Positions 61,426-64,000 of a DNA stretch of 64,000 nt are shown here, one piece after another. Each line of letters opens with the position of its first letter. Position 1 is the stretch's first letter. Position numbers and translations under genes: made by a program. This DNA is from Mobula hypostoma (lineage: Eukaryota), in NCBI RefSeq assembly GCF_963921235.1, contig NC_086108.1, positions 3,162,001 to 3,226,000 of the forward strand. The letters run 5' to 3'. The notes under the pieces were generated by a model. The model was given only the letters and a program-made list of their open reading frames with translations, made no database searches and had not been told where the DNA came from.

Positions 61426-62489
61426 CTCTCACGGACCGAGGCACTGGGGAGAATGAAGATACTCTCTCCTAACACGGTGAGAGGGTTCCCGGGGGTGGGG
61501 CGGGGAAGCAGCTGTGTAATTTTTGTTAAAGCAATGGGAGCACCTTCACCAGAAGTGCGCTGGAACATGAGTCATACCCTCTGTAAGGGGCTGTGGGGAG
61601 ACGGTCATCGCAAATGCCTGGTCACCTGGATTCCAGACAGGCCCCAACAGACCGTTGGGAAGATGACCCACACCCCAACCTTTGTGCCCAGCTGCACCTT
61701 TGCCTGCGGCCATGAGCAACCCCTGGAAGCTCCCAGGATAAAGTCTCATAGATCGAGCATGGCGGCACAGGAATAGGCATTTCAGCTGATCTAGGCTTTA
61801 CTTACTGCCTGTTACACCGCTGGCATTTAGGGCAGCAATGAAGGTCCTCCATCTCTGGTGGTGTTCAGGGCTTCCTTCATCATGTCAGTAGCTTCCACTT
61901 GGTTTTCACTACTGTCAGTCACGCAAGTCCCGGGTGGAGACTCAGGAATACCGTCACACTCAGATGTAGAAGGATTCTTCATTGTTGTTTCCGTAACAGT
62001 TTTGTTTGACCAGTCAGGGTTGTTAGCCCTGAGCTGAACCCCTGAACCTGGAGGACTGGTAGACCACTCAATCCAGCCTTTACCCTTTGACCTGTTTGGC
62101 ATGGGAGGGTGACCCAAAAGCCAAAACATAAAGCCCTGACTCCTGCCACCATACAGTGGCTCTCCGGGTCATTGAGGCATACGAGCCTCTAAACTCTACA
62201 ACATGGCTGTGGTCCTGTTGGAGGATGCAGACCTTGTCAAACTGTTAACTTGCCTAGTCCCACCGAGCCCCACCGAGACCATCGCCCTCTGTACCCCTCC
62301 CATCCATGTACTGTTCCAAACTTCTCTTCAGCGGCGCAATTAAACCTACTTCAGCTGGAGGCTCACACCATTCTGAGCAAAGATCCCCCTTACACCCCTC
62401 AAATATTTCACCTTTCACCCATAACCTATGACCTCTAGTTGTAGTAGTCTCACCTAACCTCAGTGGAAAAAGCCTGTTTGCATTTACCC

Positions 62490-63257
62490 GACCCAATTTA
62501 CATCGGTTGTGCGCAAGTGGAACAGGTCAAAAGTTTTAAGGTCCTCAGGGTCAATATCACAAATGACCTGACTTGGTCCGACCAAGCAGAGTCCACTGCC
62601 AAGAAGGCCCACCAGCACCTTTACTTCCTGAGAAAACTAAAGAAATTTGGCCTGTCCCCTAAAACCCTCACTAATTTTTATAGATGCACCGTAGAAAGCA
62701 TTCTTCTAGGGTGCATCACAACCTGGTATGGAAGTTGTCCTGTCCAAGACCGGAAGGTGCTGCAGAAAATTGTGAACACAGCACAGCACATCACACAAAA
62801 CAATCTTCCGTCCATGGACTCACTTTACACCGCACGCTGTCGGAGCAGTGCTGCCAGGATAATCAAGGACACCACCCACCCAGCCAACACACTGTTCGTC
62901 CCTCTTCCCTCCGGGAGAAGGCTCAGGAGCTTGAAGACTCGTATGGCCAGATTTGGGAACAGCTTCTTTCCAACTGTGATAAGACTGCTGAACGGATCCT
63001 GACCCGGATCTGGGCCGTACCCTCCAAATATCCGGACCTGCCTCTTGGTTTTTTTGCACTACCTTACTTTCCCTTTTCTATTTTCTATTTATGATTTATA
63101 ATTTAAATTTTTAATATCTACTAATTTTAACTAGTTTTAATATCTTTAATATTTAATATTTGTAATCCAGGAAGAGTGAAGAGCGGAATCAAATATCGCT
63201 CTGATGATTGTACGTTCTAGTACTAATTGTTTGGCGACAATAAAGTATAAAGTATAA
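62490..63257 (+). mobile_element. Rex1/Babar-like 3' fragment (second family)
   Basis: KKAHQHLYFLRKLKKF..TNFYRCTVESIL..SFFPTVIRLLNGS; AATAAAG(TATAAAG)n tail. Confidence 0.88.
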
Positions 63258-64000
63258 ACCCCTGGTAATTTTGTATACCTCTGTCAGGAGGAGTTTGACA
63301 GATCCCAGTCACCAGAGATGGCCAGAAACACCACGCCACTTCTGTGGGCCGGGTAAGTTTCTGGAGCAGAGGAGATGCCACCGGCTGGGTGTGCTGGAAG
63401 CTGGAGATGAACTCTTGCAGGAAGAGTCAAATCCAGAAACCCCAACACTGTTCGGACAGTTTCCTTTGGTGAGGGAGACTAGGACCAGAGGGCTGAGGCT
63501 CAGAATAGGAGAACATCCATTCAGAACGGAGACGAGGAGGAATTTCTTTAGCCAGAGGGTGGTGAGTCTGTGGAATTTGTTGCCACAGGCGGCTGTGGAG
63601 GTCAGGTTGTTGGGTGCATATAAGGCAGAGGTTGATAGACTCCTGATTGGTTAGGGCATGAAGGGAGACGGGGAGAAGGCAGGAGACTGCGATGGAAATG
63701 GATCAGCCATGATGAAAAGGCAGAGCAGACTCGATGGGCTGAATGGCCTAATTCTGCTCCAAAGTCTTAAGGTCACATTATCTCGGAAACAAGATTAGCT
63801 TTAGATTTACATTTATATCAAAATTTTGAATAATACAGTGAAATGTGCCATTTGTGTCAACAATCAGCAGGGTCTGACGGTGTGCTGGGTGCAGCCCGCA
63901 AGTGTCACTACGCTTCAGAGCGTGGACACTACCCCGAAACCGACATCTCTGCAATGTGCGAGGAAAGCCGAGCTCCTGCAGCAAACCCACACGGTCACAA

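Noticed and set aside
62463..63002. ORF resembling the 'ALKBH8 N-terminal/DUF1891' domain as a host gene
   Set aside because: This is the C-terminal part of a Rex1-type RT, with a LINE tail and a near-identical second copy at 53452-54190.
61450..64000. Upstream SH2-coding exons of the RIN-family gene
   Set aside because: I found no SH2-like translation with splice sites. Unique-looking patches (about 61500-61750 and 63300-63450) could not be supported as exons.

Overview
Eukaryotic (vertebrate) genomic DNA. The repeat content (dense CR1 LINEs, Rex1, RTE, Penelope-like elements, GTTACAGAGATAGGGA-type minisatellites) suggests a cartilaginous fish, probably a ray; this is inference. The window covers the 3' part of one minus-strand gene of the RIN family of Rab5 GEFs, most like RINL. 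Five coding exons splice in frame with GT-AG introns (61118-60408, 23407-23102, 15017-14886, 13609-13446, 1129-827; about 537 aa), giving a Ser/Pro-rich region, RH region, VPS9 domain and a complete RA domain. The SH2-coding exons were not found and presumably lie beyond 64000. The introns are mostly transposon-derived. Main points of interest: (1) a non-autonomous Gypsy LTR element (35331-37486) in which pol is replaced by fragments resembling host RABEP1 (Rabaptin-5) and SH3KBP1/CIN85 coiled coils, fused in frame to the end of gag; (2) an intact full-length CR1 (40685-44885) with a correctly phased U_UUA_AAC slippery site at the ORF1/ORF2 junction, repeated in a second CR1 subfamily; (3) a RINL-like gene that keeps an RA domain; (4) Penelope-related inverted-repeat elements carrying hammerhead-ribozyme-like cores. 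All protein similarities come from recalled family sequences, not from database searches.
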